Of a stretch of 44,061 bases of DNA, positions 35,891 through 44,061 are shown piece by piece. Made by a program: the position numbers and the translations under genes. The notes beneath the pieces were generated by a model, which had not been told where the DNA came from, searched no databases, and was given only the letters and a program-made list of their open reading frames with translations. The stretch spans positions 1 through 44,061 of the forward strand of contig JBDHQL010000001.1 in the NCBI GenBank assembly GCA_039807035.1, given 5' to 3'. The first letter of the stretch is position 1. Each line of letters begins with the position of its first letter. The DNA comes from Chthoniobacterales bacterium. Lineage in GTDB: Bacteria > Verrucomicrobiota > Verrucomicrobiia > Chthoniobacterales > JACTMZ01.

Positions 35891-35927
35891 AAAAAAGGCC
35901 GGAACCCGCGTGGGCCCCGGCCTTTTT
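35891..35927 (-). terminator. rho-independent terminator after rpmA (symmetrical, potentially bidirectional)
   Basis: AAAAAA-GGCCGG-aacccgcgtgggcc-CCGGCC-TTTTT. The GC stem has T-runs on both strands and lies 16 nt downstream of the rpmA stop. Confidence 0.7.
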
Positions 35928-35942
35928 CGAGGAGGAAAGTGC

Positions 35943-36194
35943 CTAGTTGTCTAATACTAATACATTCACGCGGCGTCCGCCACGATCAAATTGTACCGTG
36001 CCACTTTCTAAGGCGAAAAGCGTGAAGTCGCGCCCGAGACCGACGTTGCGCCCGGGAAGATATTTGCGCCCACGCTGACGAATAAGAATGTTGCCGGCGA
36101 GTACGGATTGTCCGCCAAATTTTTTAACGCCAAGACGTTTGCTGACGCTGTCGCGTCCGTTCTTGACGCTTCCTTGTCCCTTTTTATGAGCCAT
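35943..36194 (-). CDS. rpmA: 50S ribosomal protein L27
   Basis: [40 protein letters not shown] is a canonical L27 sequence. Confidence 0.93.
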   Translation of the reverse strand: MAHKKGQGSVKNGRDSVSKRLGVKKFGGQSVLAGNILIRQRGRKYLPGRNVGLGRDFTLFALESGTVQFDRGGRRVNVLVLDN

Positions 36195-36208
36195 AAAATT
36201 ACGATGTG

Positions 36209-36523
36209 TTAGGCGGCGATTTCGGCGACTTTCACGCGGGTGAGTTTTTGCCGATGACCGATGGTGCGATGATAGCCTTTGCGGCGACGAAATTTGTAGG
36301 AGACCAACTTGGGGCCTTTAATATCTTCGAGAACTTCGGCGGTGACTTTGGCACCGGCGACGAGCGGTGTTCCGATTTTCACGCCGGAATCATCGGAGGC
36401 CAAAAGGACTTCCTCAAACATTGTTTATTGACCAGCCTCGACGCCGAGCAGCTCAACCTGGACGACATCGCCTGGTTGGACGCGGAATTGCCGTCCGCCG
36501 GTTTGGATAATTGCGTAAGCCAT
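36209..36523 (-). pseudogene. rplU: 50S ribosomal protein L21 gene interrupted by an in-frame TAA (codon 33, plus-strand 36425..36427)
   Basis: The single frame reads MAYAIIQTGGRQFRVQPGDVVQVELLGVEAGQ[75 protein letters not shown]. Both parts are colinear with L21 and there is no frameshift. Confidence 0.8.
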
Positions 36524-36707
36524 AATTTTTTCTCGAAGGGCCAAGTAACCTAGCGGACGGCCTACATCATGGCAAGAGATTTTTTGACGGCACGACTTCT
36601 CGAATTTTCGCGTGGGTATATTGGCGAGGGGTGGAGTTTTCAAATTTTCAAAATCAAATCGCACTTGCCATGATTTGCGCGGTTGATAAAGATGACCCTT
36701 TACCCGC

Positions 36708-37175
36708 ATGACTTTGTCCAGTTTGTTGACAGTCGGGCAAATTATTCCCGACATGAAGGCCACGGAACGATGGCCTGCGATCACCGAGATCGTGGATTTG
36801 CTTGTATCGTTGAATCGCATTCAGCCGCAGGATCGTGAAAGCGTCCTTGCATCCTTGCGTCAGCGCGAAGAGACGATGAGTACGGGGATTGGCTTTGGCA
36901 TCGCGATTCCGCATGCCTCCTCGGATCATGTCACGGAGGTGGTGGCGGCTTTTGGGCGTTCTGCGGCGGGGATTGAGTTTGATTCGCTCGACAACGAGCT
37001 TGTGCATTTCATTGTTCTTTTCATTGTTCCTCGCGATCAGTTTCAAGTTCATCTCCGCACGTTGGCCGCGATTGCGAAGTTTCTCAATGATCGCAAGGTG
37101 CGTGATGAGCTGGCAGCGGCACCGGATGCGGCGGCGATTCTCCAAGTATTTACCAGCCGCGGGGCCAATCGTTAA
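36708..37175 (+). CDS. ptsN: PTS EIIA(Ntr)-type nitrogen regulatory protein
   Basis: EETMSTGIGFGIAIPHA carries the phosphorylatable His motif of PTS_EIIA_2. Length is 155 aa. Confidence 0.75.
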   Translation: MTLSSLLTVGQIIPDMKATERWPAITEIVDLLVSLNRIQPQDRESVLASLRQREETMSTGIGFGIAIPHASSDHVTEVVAAFGRSAAGIEFDSLDNELVHFIVLFIVPRDQFQVHLRTLAAIAKFLNDRKVRDELAAAPDAAAILQVFTSRGANR

Positions 37176-38888
37176 ATGAACGGCACTCCGCAAGCCGTGC
37201 TTGGCGAGCGGCTGCGTGCGGCACTCCAAGCCTGTGGATTACCGCCGGAGCGTGGGGAAATTGTGGCCGCAGCCGACACGCGGTTTGGGGATTATCAGTC
37301 GAATGTGGCGATGGTGCTGGCGAAGGAAGCTAAGGCCAATCCACGTGCGTTGGCGGCGCAGATTGCGGAGCAATTTGACGGGGGAGATGTTTGTGAGCGT
37401 CCGGAAATTGCGGGGCCCGGATTTTTGAATTTTCGCTTACGAGCGGACTGGGTGGCGCAGCGGCTTTCTGAGCTCGTTGGGGATGCTCGCTGTGGAGTTC
37501 CTACTGCGGAGGTTTCGCAGCGGATCATTATAGATTTCAGCTCGCCGAACATCGCCAAGCCGATGCACGTGGGCCACATTCGCAGCACGATTCTTGGGGA
37601 TTCTTTGGCGCGAATTGCGCGATTTCTTGGGCATGAAGTTGTCACCGATAATCACCTAGGAGATTGGGGAACGCAGTTTGGAAAGGTGCTTTATGGGTGG
37701 AAGCATTTGCTCAACCGTGAAGCATTAAACCGCGATGCTATGGCGGAAATTACGCGCTTGTATCGCGAGGTGAATGCGCTGGAGGAGACAAATCCTGAAG
37801 TTCGACTCGCCGCACGGGAGGAGCTGGTAAAATTACAGCAAGGCAATGCGGAAAATCGGACCCTTTGGGAGCAGTTGGTGGCGTTGTCGTGGGCGGAATT
37901 CCAGAGCATCTATGATCAACTGGACATTCGTTTTGATGAGCGCTTGGGAGAAAGTTTTTACGATGCCGCCCTTGGGCCGTTGGTGGAAAAGTTGCTTGCG
38001 GCGGGAACGGCGGAGATCAGCGAGGGTGCCGTGTGTTTATTTTTTCGGGACATTCCTGCGCTTGCGGACAAGCCATGCCTGATTCGTAAAAGCGATGGGG
38101 GGTTTCTTTATGCGACGACCGATTTAGCTACGCTGGAATATCGGATGGAGCGGTGGAATCCGCAGGCTATTTGGTATGTCACGGGAGCACCGCAGCAACT
38201 TCATTTTCAGCAAATTTTTGCGGCTGCCGCCCGCATGGGAATAGCGGTACGCTTCGACCATATTGCGTTTGGAAGCATTTTGGGTGAAGACCACAAACTC
38301 ATGAAAACGCGCTCGGGTGACAATGTGGCTCTTCGTGATGTTCTCGAAGAAGCCGTGACGCGAGCGCGGGCCATGATGGAGGAAAAAAATCCGGAGCTTC
38401 CGGAGTCCGAGAAAATCCGCATTGCACACGTTGTTGGCCTGGGTGCGGTGAAATATGCCGAGCTCTCGCAGCATCGCATGACGGACTACGTTTTTTCGTG
38501 GTCAAAAATGCTCTCGTTGCAAGGCAACACGGCACCGTATTTGCAAAATGCCTACGTACGTATTCGCTCCATCTTTCGGAAACTTGGTGCCGAGCTTGGT
38601 GACGTGAAGGAGATCGCTTTTACCGAGGCGGCGGAGCGAACTTTAGCACTCCTACTTCTGCAATTTGGAGAAGTCGTTCCGCTCGTTCTCCGCGAATTTC
38701 GCCCCAATCTTTTGGCGAATTATTTATTTGAAACAGCGACGGCTTTTCACACGTTTTATGAGGCGTGCCCGGTTTTGAAATCCGAAGGTATCGTGCGTCA
38801 TTCTCGCCTCGTTTTGTGTGAAGCCACCGCCCGTATTCTCAAACAAGGTCTCCATCTTCTCGGCGTCGAAGTTCCCGAGAGAATGTAG
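37176..38888 (+). CDS. argS: arginyl-tRNA synthetase
   Basis: Class I HIGH-type motif PNIAKPMHVGHIRSTILGD, a KMSK-region equivalent (MKTRSGDNV), and the C-terminal DALR anticodon-binding domain ending in ERM. The start directly abuts the ptsN stop. Confidence 0.93.
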   Translation: MNGTPQAVLGERLRAALQACGLPPERGEIVAAADTRFGDYQSNVAMVLAKEAKANPRALAAQIAEQFDGGDVCERPEIAGPGFLNFRLRADWVAQRLSELVGDARCGVPTAEVSQRIIIDFSSPNIAKPMHVGHIRSTILGDSLARIARFLGHEVVTDNHLGDWGTQFGKVLYGWKHLLNREALNRDAMAEITRLYREVNALEETNPEVRLAAREELVKLQQGNAENRTLWEQLVALSWAEFQSIYDQLDIRFDERLGESFYDAALGPLVEKLLAAGTAEISEGAVCLFFRDIPALADKPCLIRKSDGGFLYATTDLATLEYRMERWNPQAIWYVTGAPQQLHFQQIFAAAARMGIAVRFDHIAFGSILGEDHKLMKTRSGDNVALRDVLEEAVTRARAMMEEKNPELPESEKIRIAHVVGLGAVKYAELSQHRMTDYVFSWSKMLSLQGNTAPYLQNAYVRIRSIFRKLGAELGDVKEIAFTEAAERTLALLLLQFGEVVPLVLREFRPNLLANYLFETATAFHTFYEACPVLKSEGIVRHSRLVLCEATARILKQGLHLLGVEVPERM

Positions 38889-38912
38889 TTGGTACCGTGC
38901 CGACCGCACATT

Positions 38913-39626
38913 TCAAGCGCGTCGCTTCGCTGTATCCATCCAAAGTACCTGCCGAAAATAAGGGCGGCGTTTTTGGTGGAACCCCCACCACCCCGCAGCG
39001 ATGGCTAATTTGCGTAGCTCGGCAAAGGAAAACGCCCGCACGATAGACAGCCGTGCGTCATGGCGCGTCATCGGGTCGCGGTAAGTCAATGCGGTCGCGG
39101 CAAAAATTGCAGCTTGTGCCATGCGCGACCGCCTCAAATCGGTGATAAGTGCAGCTCCTTGCGTCAACTCCCGGCATCGCCGCAAAAGCCGAATGGCATC
39201 ATGTTCTTCGAGATGGTGCAGCGAGAGATTGTTCATCACGACATCGTAGGGAACCTCGGAGGAGAAGGTCAGCATGTCGGCATGTACAAAGTGAATTTCG
39301 GTGAAGGACTGCGAACGTTTTTGGGCGATATTGAGGATGGATTGTTGATGATCTACTGCGGTGACTTGGAGGGGACATTCGAGGCGGCGTGCATGGGTGA
39401 CGAGGGCGCGTGGGATGTCACCGCCCCCGGTACCTAAGTCGAGTACATGCAGCGGTTGCCTCGAACGAAGTCGGGCGTCGAGGTAATGGAGCACCGTGGC
39501 ACAACCTCCGAAACGGCGATTCAGCGATTCGATATTGGTAAGCCCGCGCTCTAGCTCCGGCGTTTCTTTTTCGGCAATGTCCAACAACTCCGGACGTGCT
39601 TCCGTAAAATTTCGGATCATGAGCAA
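38913..39626 (-). CDS. class I SAM-dependent methyltransferase
   Basis: Motif I VLDLGTGGGDIPRAL and a later acidic-loop pattern (VTAVD). The substrate is unknown. Confidence 0.65.
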   Translation of the reverse strand: MLMIRNFTEARPELLDIAEKETPELERGLTNIESLNRRFGGCATVLHYLDARLRSRQPLHVLDLGTGGGDIPRALVTHARRLECPLQVTAVDHQQSILNIAQKRSQSFTEIHFVHADMLTFSSEVPYDVVMNNLSLHHLEEHDAIRLLRRCRELTQGAALITDLRRSRMAQAAIFAATALTYRDPMTRHDARLSIVRAFSFAELRKLAIAAGWWGFHQKRRPYFRQVLWMDTAKRRA

Positions 39627-40267
39627 AGTGACAACACGGCCAACATACGCCCGGTGCGGCCTTTTTCGACGCGGTAGGAATAATACGCTTCTAAGTTGCT
39701 GCCGGTGCAGATGCCGTCATCGCGAATATCCATCACTCCGGCGGCATGTGCTTGCCGAACAATGTCTGTCGCAAAGTCAATTTCGTAAAGCGGTGGACGA
39801 ATGCAGGGGCTGAGATGAACCACCACATCTTCGGGCAATACGCCAAATTCTTCGCGCATTTTGAGGAGGGTTTGTTCGCCGATATTGAGGGCGGTTCCAG
39901 CGCGACCGGAATGGGCCAGCCCAATCGCTCGCCCGCGTCTATCTGCAAAAAAAACGGCCGTACAATCAGCCACGTAAATACCAAGTACCAAACCACGCAC
40001 CGAAGTTATCAGCGCGTCGGCTTGTGCATATTTTTGCGGATGCGTCGCGAGAGCAACCGTATTGCCATGTACTTGTTCTGCCGTGGCAAGCTGCGTCGGG
40101 TCTAATCCATTTTCCCGCATCAAGGCGTCATGCGAAGAAGCAAGGCGTTGAAGTACAGTCTCGCGGTCCGTATCCACAGGGACATTGGGAATTCTGCCAA
40201 AAAACGCGGCGCGTACATTAGGTACCAATGCGAGCGGCCGAAAAACCCCACGCATCGCAGCGTGCAT
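39617..40267 (-). CDS. pgeF: peptidoglycan editing factor PgeF / YfiH (DUF152, laccase-domain protein)
   Basis: EQVHGNTV, ADALIT, YVADC and HSGRAG, plus a C-terminal C.....YSYR, follow the YfiH family pattern. Confidence 0.8.
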   Translation of the reverse strand: MHAAMRGVFRPLALVPNVRAAFFGRIPNVPVDTDRETVLQRLASSHDALMRENGLDPTQLATAEQVHGNTVALATHPQKYAQADALITSVRGLVLGIYVADCTAVFFADRRGRAIGLAHSGRAGTALNIGEQTLLKMREEFGVLPEDVVVHLSPCIRPPLYEIDFATDIVRQAHAAGVMDIRDDGICTGSNLEAYYSYRVEKGRTGRMLAVLSLCS

Positions 40268-40269
40268 AT

Positions 40270-42087
40270 TCAGGGTTTCCCCGCCTTTCGATTCGAGCGT
40301 GGTGTGGGTGTAGGCTTGGCTTTTTTCGCGCCACGAAGTGTCTCGTTTTTACGCGGGGTAACGCCTCGCAGCACGCCGGGGTTCGGATTATCCGTTGAAT
40401 TGAGTAGGTCATTGCGCCGCTTATCCCTCGCCGTCAGCATCGGATCGTCATAGGTGTCGGCGTAATCGGTATCGAGAGAGAGTACGCGATTGTATTCTGC
40501 GAGCGCAATGATGTAGCGGTAGCGGCCTTCGAGTTCGGTGGTCTGTGCTTGCAGCAGCGAAACCTGCGCGTTGAGGACATCCAGCTGCGTTCCTGCGCCG
40601 GCGTCGAGGCGTTCTCGCGAGAGGCGAAGAGCTTCCGTGGCCTGCACGACATTGGCGCGTTGGCTGTCAATCACCTCCTGCGCCTCAATAAGGTTGGACA
40701 CCGCACGCTGGACATTAAGTTCCACCTCGCGAGCGGAATTATCGTAATTGATTTTCGACTGTTCGAGAGCGGCCCGTGCAGCTTTGGTCGCACCTACGGT
40801 GGCGAGGCCATCGAAAAGATTCCAGCTTCCCGTGAGCCCAAGGAACCAGCCATTGACGGTGTCGTCTAATTGCGAGGAGAGAGGGATATTGAATGTTTGC
40901 CAACCGGCGGTGGCATTGAGCGTGGGCTGGAATCCCGACATCGCAGCTTTGAGGTTTTCGGCGCCGATGAGGATGTTTTGGCGCTGAATTTTCAACGCGG
41001 GATTCCGAGCCAAAGCGGAAAACACCGAGTTAGCGAGGTCAATTTTAATCGGATTGTAATCAAGATGACCGGTGACATCTACGGGGATGGAGGAGGGGTC
41101 GCTGGGGTAATCGAGGCCGAGTTGCTTTATGAGGGAGAATTGAGCAATGCGCAGGGCGTTGCGTGCTTGGATGACGGGAGGAATGGCGTTGGCTAAGGCC
41201 ACTTCGGCTTGCAGAACGTTGAAACGCGGCACCGTCCCTGCTTCAAAACGGCTCTGCTGATCCTGCAATTGCGTTTCCAGTACAGCGACCGATTCTTCGC
41301 GCACACGAATGAGAGCGCGGTTGAAAATGACATCATAGAAAAGGGTCTTTGTGTTGGCGACGACTTTATCAATTGTTTGTCGTAGGGCATAAAATGCGCT
41401 GTCGCTGGCGAGCCGTGCCGCCGAAAAGTTGGCCTGATTTTTCCATCCCGACCAAATGGATTGGTTCACTTGGATGGCAACATTCCATGCTTGAGTTTGA
41501 GACTGTGCGCCTAGGGCACCCCCGAGGATATGCGAATTCGGATTCGCGAGTTGGGTTTCTTGGTACTTGTAGGAGCTGTTGCCTTGAATCGTGGGCAGCA
41601 GTGCCGCTCGCACTTGAATAACTTGGCCGCTGGTCAATCGGATTTGCTGAATGGCCGCGAGAATTTCCGGATTTTTTTCCAACGAGGTCTGAATCGCCCC
41701 ATCAATCGTGAGCTTTTGAGCATCCGGCGTGAGGTGCAATTCTAGCGAACTGGCGGGGGGAAGTTTGATGCTTGTAACCGGGTCCGGCCCTTTCTGTGGT
41801 GTGGGTGCAGCGATTCCCGGCGTCGTCGGGAAAGTCATTTGCATCGGGTCAGGGATGCCCGCTTCCATCCCTCCATCGAGCAGCGGGTCAAGTTTCGGAG
41901 CGGCGTGATTGGTGATGGTGAGTGCCGGAGATGCAGCAGGATTGGGAGTCGCTGCGGAATTGAGGGGAGCGTTTGTCGCTTGCTGCGCGAGCGAAACAAC
42001 AACCGAGGGAAAAAATAAAACAGACGCCATTACGGCGGCGCGGCAGGTATGTATCATGACAAGCATTCGTATTAAACCCCAAGTCAT
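40270..42087 (-). CDS. TolC-family outer membrane efflux protein with N- and C-terminal extensions
   Basis: It has a signal-like N-terminus and two OEP repeats with the typical coiled-coil heptads (...LEKNPEILAA...; ...ARNPALKIQ...). There is an extra P/A/T-rich N-terminal linker of about 120 aa and a basic C-terminal tail of about 60 aa. The exact start is uncertain. Confidence 0.72.
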   Translation of the reverse strand: MTWGLIRMLVMIHTCRAAVMASVLFFPSVVVSLAQQATNAPLNSAATPNPAASPALTITNHAAPKLDPLLDGGMEAGIPDPMQMTFPTTPGIAAPTPQKGPDPVTSIKLPPASSLELHLTPDAQKLTIDGAIQTSLEKNPEILAAIQQIRLTSGQVIQVRAALLPTIQGNSSYKYQETQLANPNSHILGGALGAQSQTQAWNVAIQVNQSIWSGWKNQANFSAARLASDSAFYALRQTIDKVVANTKTLFYDVIFNRALIRVREESVAVLETQLQDQQSRFEAGTVPRFNVLQAEVALANAIPPVIQARNALRIAQFSLIKQLGLDYPSDPSSIPVDVTGHLDYNPIKIDLANSVFSALARNPALKIQRQNILIGAENLKAAMSGFQPTLNATAGWQTFNIPLSSQLDDTVNGWFLGLTGSWNLFDGLATVGATKAARAALEQSKINYDNSAREVELNVQRAVSNLIEAQEVIDSQRANVVQATEALRLSRERLDAGAGTQLDVLNAQVSLLQAQTTELEGRYRYIIALAEYNRVLSLDTDYADTYDDPMLTARDKRRNDLLNSTDNPNPGVLRGVTPRKNETLRGAKKAKPTPTPRSNRKAGKP

Positions 42088-42330
42088 CGCGGGAGCAAAG
42101 TCTTTCGTTTTGGGACAGTCGGCAGTTGGCAGGTGGGGAGTTGGTGGGGGGGTTCTATTTGCGTTCTCGTGAATTGAATTGAGGGCTGGTTTTGCGGAGT
42201 GTTTCCCGCGAGGCGCGGGAAACGGCGCCCGAGGCGGACGCGGTACCCGAGCCGCTCCGAGTTGTGCCTGAGCCGACTCGTCGCCACCCTGTTGTGATTT
42301 GGCGCCCCTTTTTTGTGGCTTTATGAGGGG

Positions 42331-42352
42331 AAACGGGTTGAAAAACCCGTTT
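42331..42352 (-). terminator. stem-loop overlapping the glycosyltransferase stop codon (weak terminator candidate)
   Basis: AAACGGGTT-GAAA-AACCCGTTT is a 9-bp stem. On the minus strand it starts within the TAA stop. It is followed by CCCCTCAT rather than a U-tract. Confidence 0.35.
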
Positions 42353-43479
42353 TACGTCGCTTCTTGGGCTGAGGCTAACAAGGCTTCTTCCATGCGGTGG
42401 CGGAAGATGTCTATGTGGAAGTTTTTAAGGTAATGCTCGCGGGCGGCGGTGCCCATGGTTTTCCGAAGTTCAGGATCCCCTAAAAGTTTGGCTAAACGAT
42501 CCGCTGTTGCTTTGACATCATGGGTCGGAACTATAAAGCCGGTTTTTCCATCCTCCACAATTTCGGGTAATCCCCGCCAGTCTGAGGTTACAAGCGGCAG
42601 TCTCGTCATGAGAGCTTCTAGTGCAACCAGACTGAAGGATTCGGATGCGTAGAAAGTTGGAAAACAAAATATATCAGCTTCCGCAAAAAGGCTCCATTTG
42701 TCGGATCCGGTCACTTGCCCTACGAACTGCACGCTCTCGCCGAGTTCGGCGGCCTGATTTTTGAGTTGTTGCAGTTCTTGCTCCGACGAAGCTTTGCCTG
42801 CAATTTTGCATTGGAAGGTATGCCCGCTCCCTCGAAGGATTTTACAGGCCTCAATGAGAATCCCTACGCCTTTTTCTTCACAAACCATAGCCAAGAATAA
42901 AATGGTGGGAATCTCAGTTTTTTTAGGAGCTATCTTTCCCATTCGTACATTATCAGGAATGCCATTAGGTATCAATATAGCTTTGTGTGCTTGAACGAAC
43001 TCTGCATCTCGTAAACCACTTTTACTGACGCTAATAGCTACTTCCGGCCTCCAATATGTGCAGCGAAAGAGCCACTTTAGAGGAGCGGGTTGTTTATTAT
43101 AGAATTCTAAGAGCCCTGCCGCATGAAAGTGAAAAACAGTTTTTGGGAAAAGCCAACGCAAGGGAATCAGGAGTGCACAGTCACGCAGGAATGGCACCAT
43201 ATTAGGACTCGCTGGAAGAAAATAAAAGACGTCCGGCTTTAGTTTTATACGCGCCATCGTTATGGCTGCCATAAGTTTTACCAAATGGATAATTTTCCTA
43301 AAGTCTGCCTTACCTACATCGGCTATGTTATCCGAAAACGCCATTCGAGTGAGGTGAAGCTCCAAATGTGTATAAGTTCCGGACAGCAGATATTCCGACA
43401 TAATAGATTGTCCATGAATTGGCGGCGGAGTCTGGGCGACGACTAAGACTTTGAGTTTTTTGTCGGAAGCGTTGTTCAT
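42352..43479 (-). CDS. glycosyltransferase, GT4 (GT-B fold) family
   Basis: The C-terminal EX7E-type region SESFSLVALEALMTRLPLVTSDWRGLPEIVEDGKTGFIV, and the N-terminal KVLVVAQTPPPIHGQS. I chose ATG 43479, 3 nt from the upstream gene's stop. Confidence 0.8.
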   Translation of the reverse strand: MNNASDKKLKVLVVAQTPPPIHGQSIMSEYLLSGTYTHLELHLTRMAFSDNIADVGKADFRKIIHLVKLMAAITMARIKLKPDVFYFLPASPNMVPFLRDCALLIPLRWLFPKTVFHFHAAGLLEFYNKQPAPLKWLFRCTYWRPEVAISVSKSGLRDAEFVQAHKAILIPNGIPDNVRMGKIAPKKTEIPTILFLAMVCEEKGVGILIEACKILRGSGHTFQCKIAGKASSEQELQQLKNQAAELGESVQFVGQVTGSDKWSLFAEADIFCFPTFYASESFSLVALEALMTRLPLVTSDWRGLPEIVEDGKTGFIVPTHDVKATADRLAKLLGDPELRKTMGTAAREHYLKNFHIDIFRHRMEEALLASAQEAT

Positions 43480-43481
43480 AG

Positions 43482-44061
43482 TTATTGGATCGCCCATCTC
43501 GCTAAGGCTTCCTGTGTTTCTTGCCCTTCCGTAGGTTGAAGCACTTGCCAATTATAGAATAAATAACTGCATAAAAGATACATTGGCATTTCAGCAATAG
43601 AGCCCTCAGGAAATGTGGTTGCAAGATAACGAAGAAATTCCGGGGTTTGTATTATTTTTTGTGCGAAGGAGAGAACACGGTTGGTATTCCACTTTTGTAC
43701 GAGAATGGCCGGTTGAAGCATAAAATGGAGCCAATCCCAGCCGGGAAGTCCCTCCAATTCGCCGCGCTCCCAATCAATGGCTCTCCAAGAATCGTTGGGG
43801 GCACATTTTATATTCCAAGGGGCAAAATCTCCATGATAGAGACACGGATGTATTACAGTTTCAGCGAACATTTCCAACCATGGCGGGGTCCTGCTATCTA
43901 AAGAACAACGGAACCTCTTATATAAATTCGTTTCGCGAATACGGAGGGTTTTGGACGTATTAATCCAGGGTGTCAGGACATGCTCAAGTTGCCGATGATT
44001 ATGAGTGGTATGTGGGGGATGGCCCATGACAAATTCCATTGCAAAAGCCGATCCAAGCGTA
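43482..44061 (-). CDS. protein kinase-like / aminoglycoside-phosphotransferase-fold protein, C-terminal part (5' end probably outside window)
   Basis: HGDFAPWNI (catalytic loop HxDxxxxN) and AIDWE (metal-binding D) are present. The frame stays open from the listed ATG (44039) to the window edge, and the N-lobe expected upstream of the catalytic loop is missing. Confidence 0.55.
   Translation of the reverse strand, partial: TLGSAFAMEFVMGHPPHTTHNHRQLEHVLTPWINTSKTLRIRETNLYKRFRCSLDSRTPPWLEMFAETVIHPCLYHGDFAPWNIKCAPNDSWRAIDWERGELEGLPGWDWLHFMLQPAILVQKWNTNRVLSFAQKIIQTPEFLRYLATTFPEGSIAEMPMYLLCSYLFYNWQVLQPTEGQETQEALARWAIQ

Noticed and set aside
36425-36820. 131-aa minus-strand ORF that would give L21 a 99-aa N-terminal extension
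   Set aside because: The L21 homology begins exactly at the internal ATG 36523 (MAYAIIQTGG...). The upstream part overlaps the ptsN start region and has no recognisable similarity.
1-44061. Search for tRNA, rRNA, tmRNA, SRP RNA, prophage, toxin-antitoxin or defence-system genes
   Set aside because: None were recognised. All intergenic spacers longer than 100 nt were read on both strands and contain only the repeats and hairpins listed. The HD-domain and exonuclease genes match housekeeping families rather than defence nucleases.

Overview
This is a 44-kb, moderately GC-rich bacterial chromosomal segment with about 48 protein genes on both strands and short or overlapping junctions. Most genes are housekeeping: prs-ctc-pth-rpsF-ssb, pssA-psd, sufT, a PPTase, fabG-sixA-tonB-exbB-exbD-def, corC, a lone rpsN, a three-gene ABC importer, cbpA, serS-tilS-ribD, ffh-rpsP-KH, nagZ, rplU-rpmA, ptsN-argS, pgeF, a TolC-family channel, and a glycosyltransferase plus kinase-like pair at the right edge. 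A PEP-CTERM protein with autotransporter-associated beta-strand repeats, together with the overall gene content, suggests a Verrucomicrobiota/PVC-type host (inference only). I saw no rRNA, tRNA, CRISPR array, prophage or recognisable defence island, and no convincing novel multi-gene system. Four things seem most worth a second look. (1) An in-frame TAA sits at a sense position inside the ribosomal protein L21 gene. (2) An IS200-like Y1 (RAYT-type) transposase is embedded in arrays of nested GC-rich triloop hairpins. (3) A second, unrelated REP-like palindrome family has three copies and a compensatory stem change. (4) A C10 homopolymer lies inside the TonB-like gene. Lesser items are a 647-aa membrane-anchored protein built of W-x3-DP helical repeats, a DUF697 protein with a degenerate P-loop, and an unusual cbpA / OB-HD / DUF362-like / squalene-synthase-like operon. 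All family assignments come from motif recognition by eye and no searches were run.
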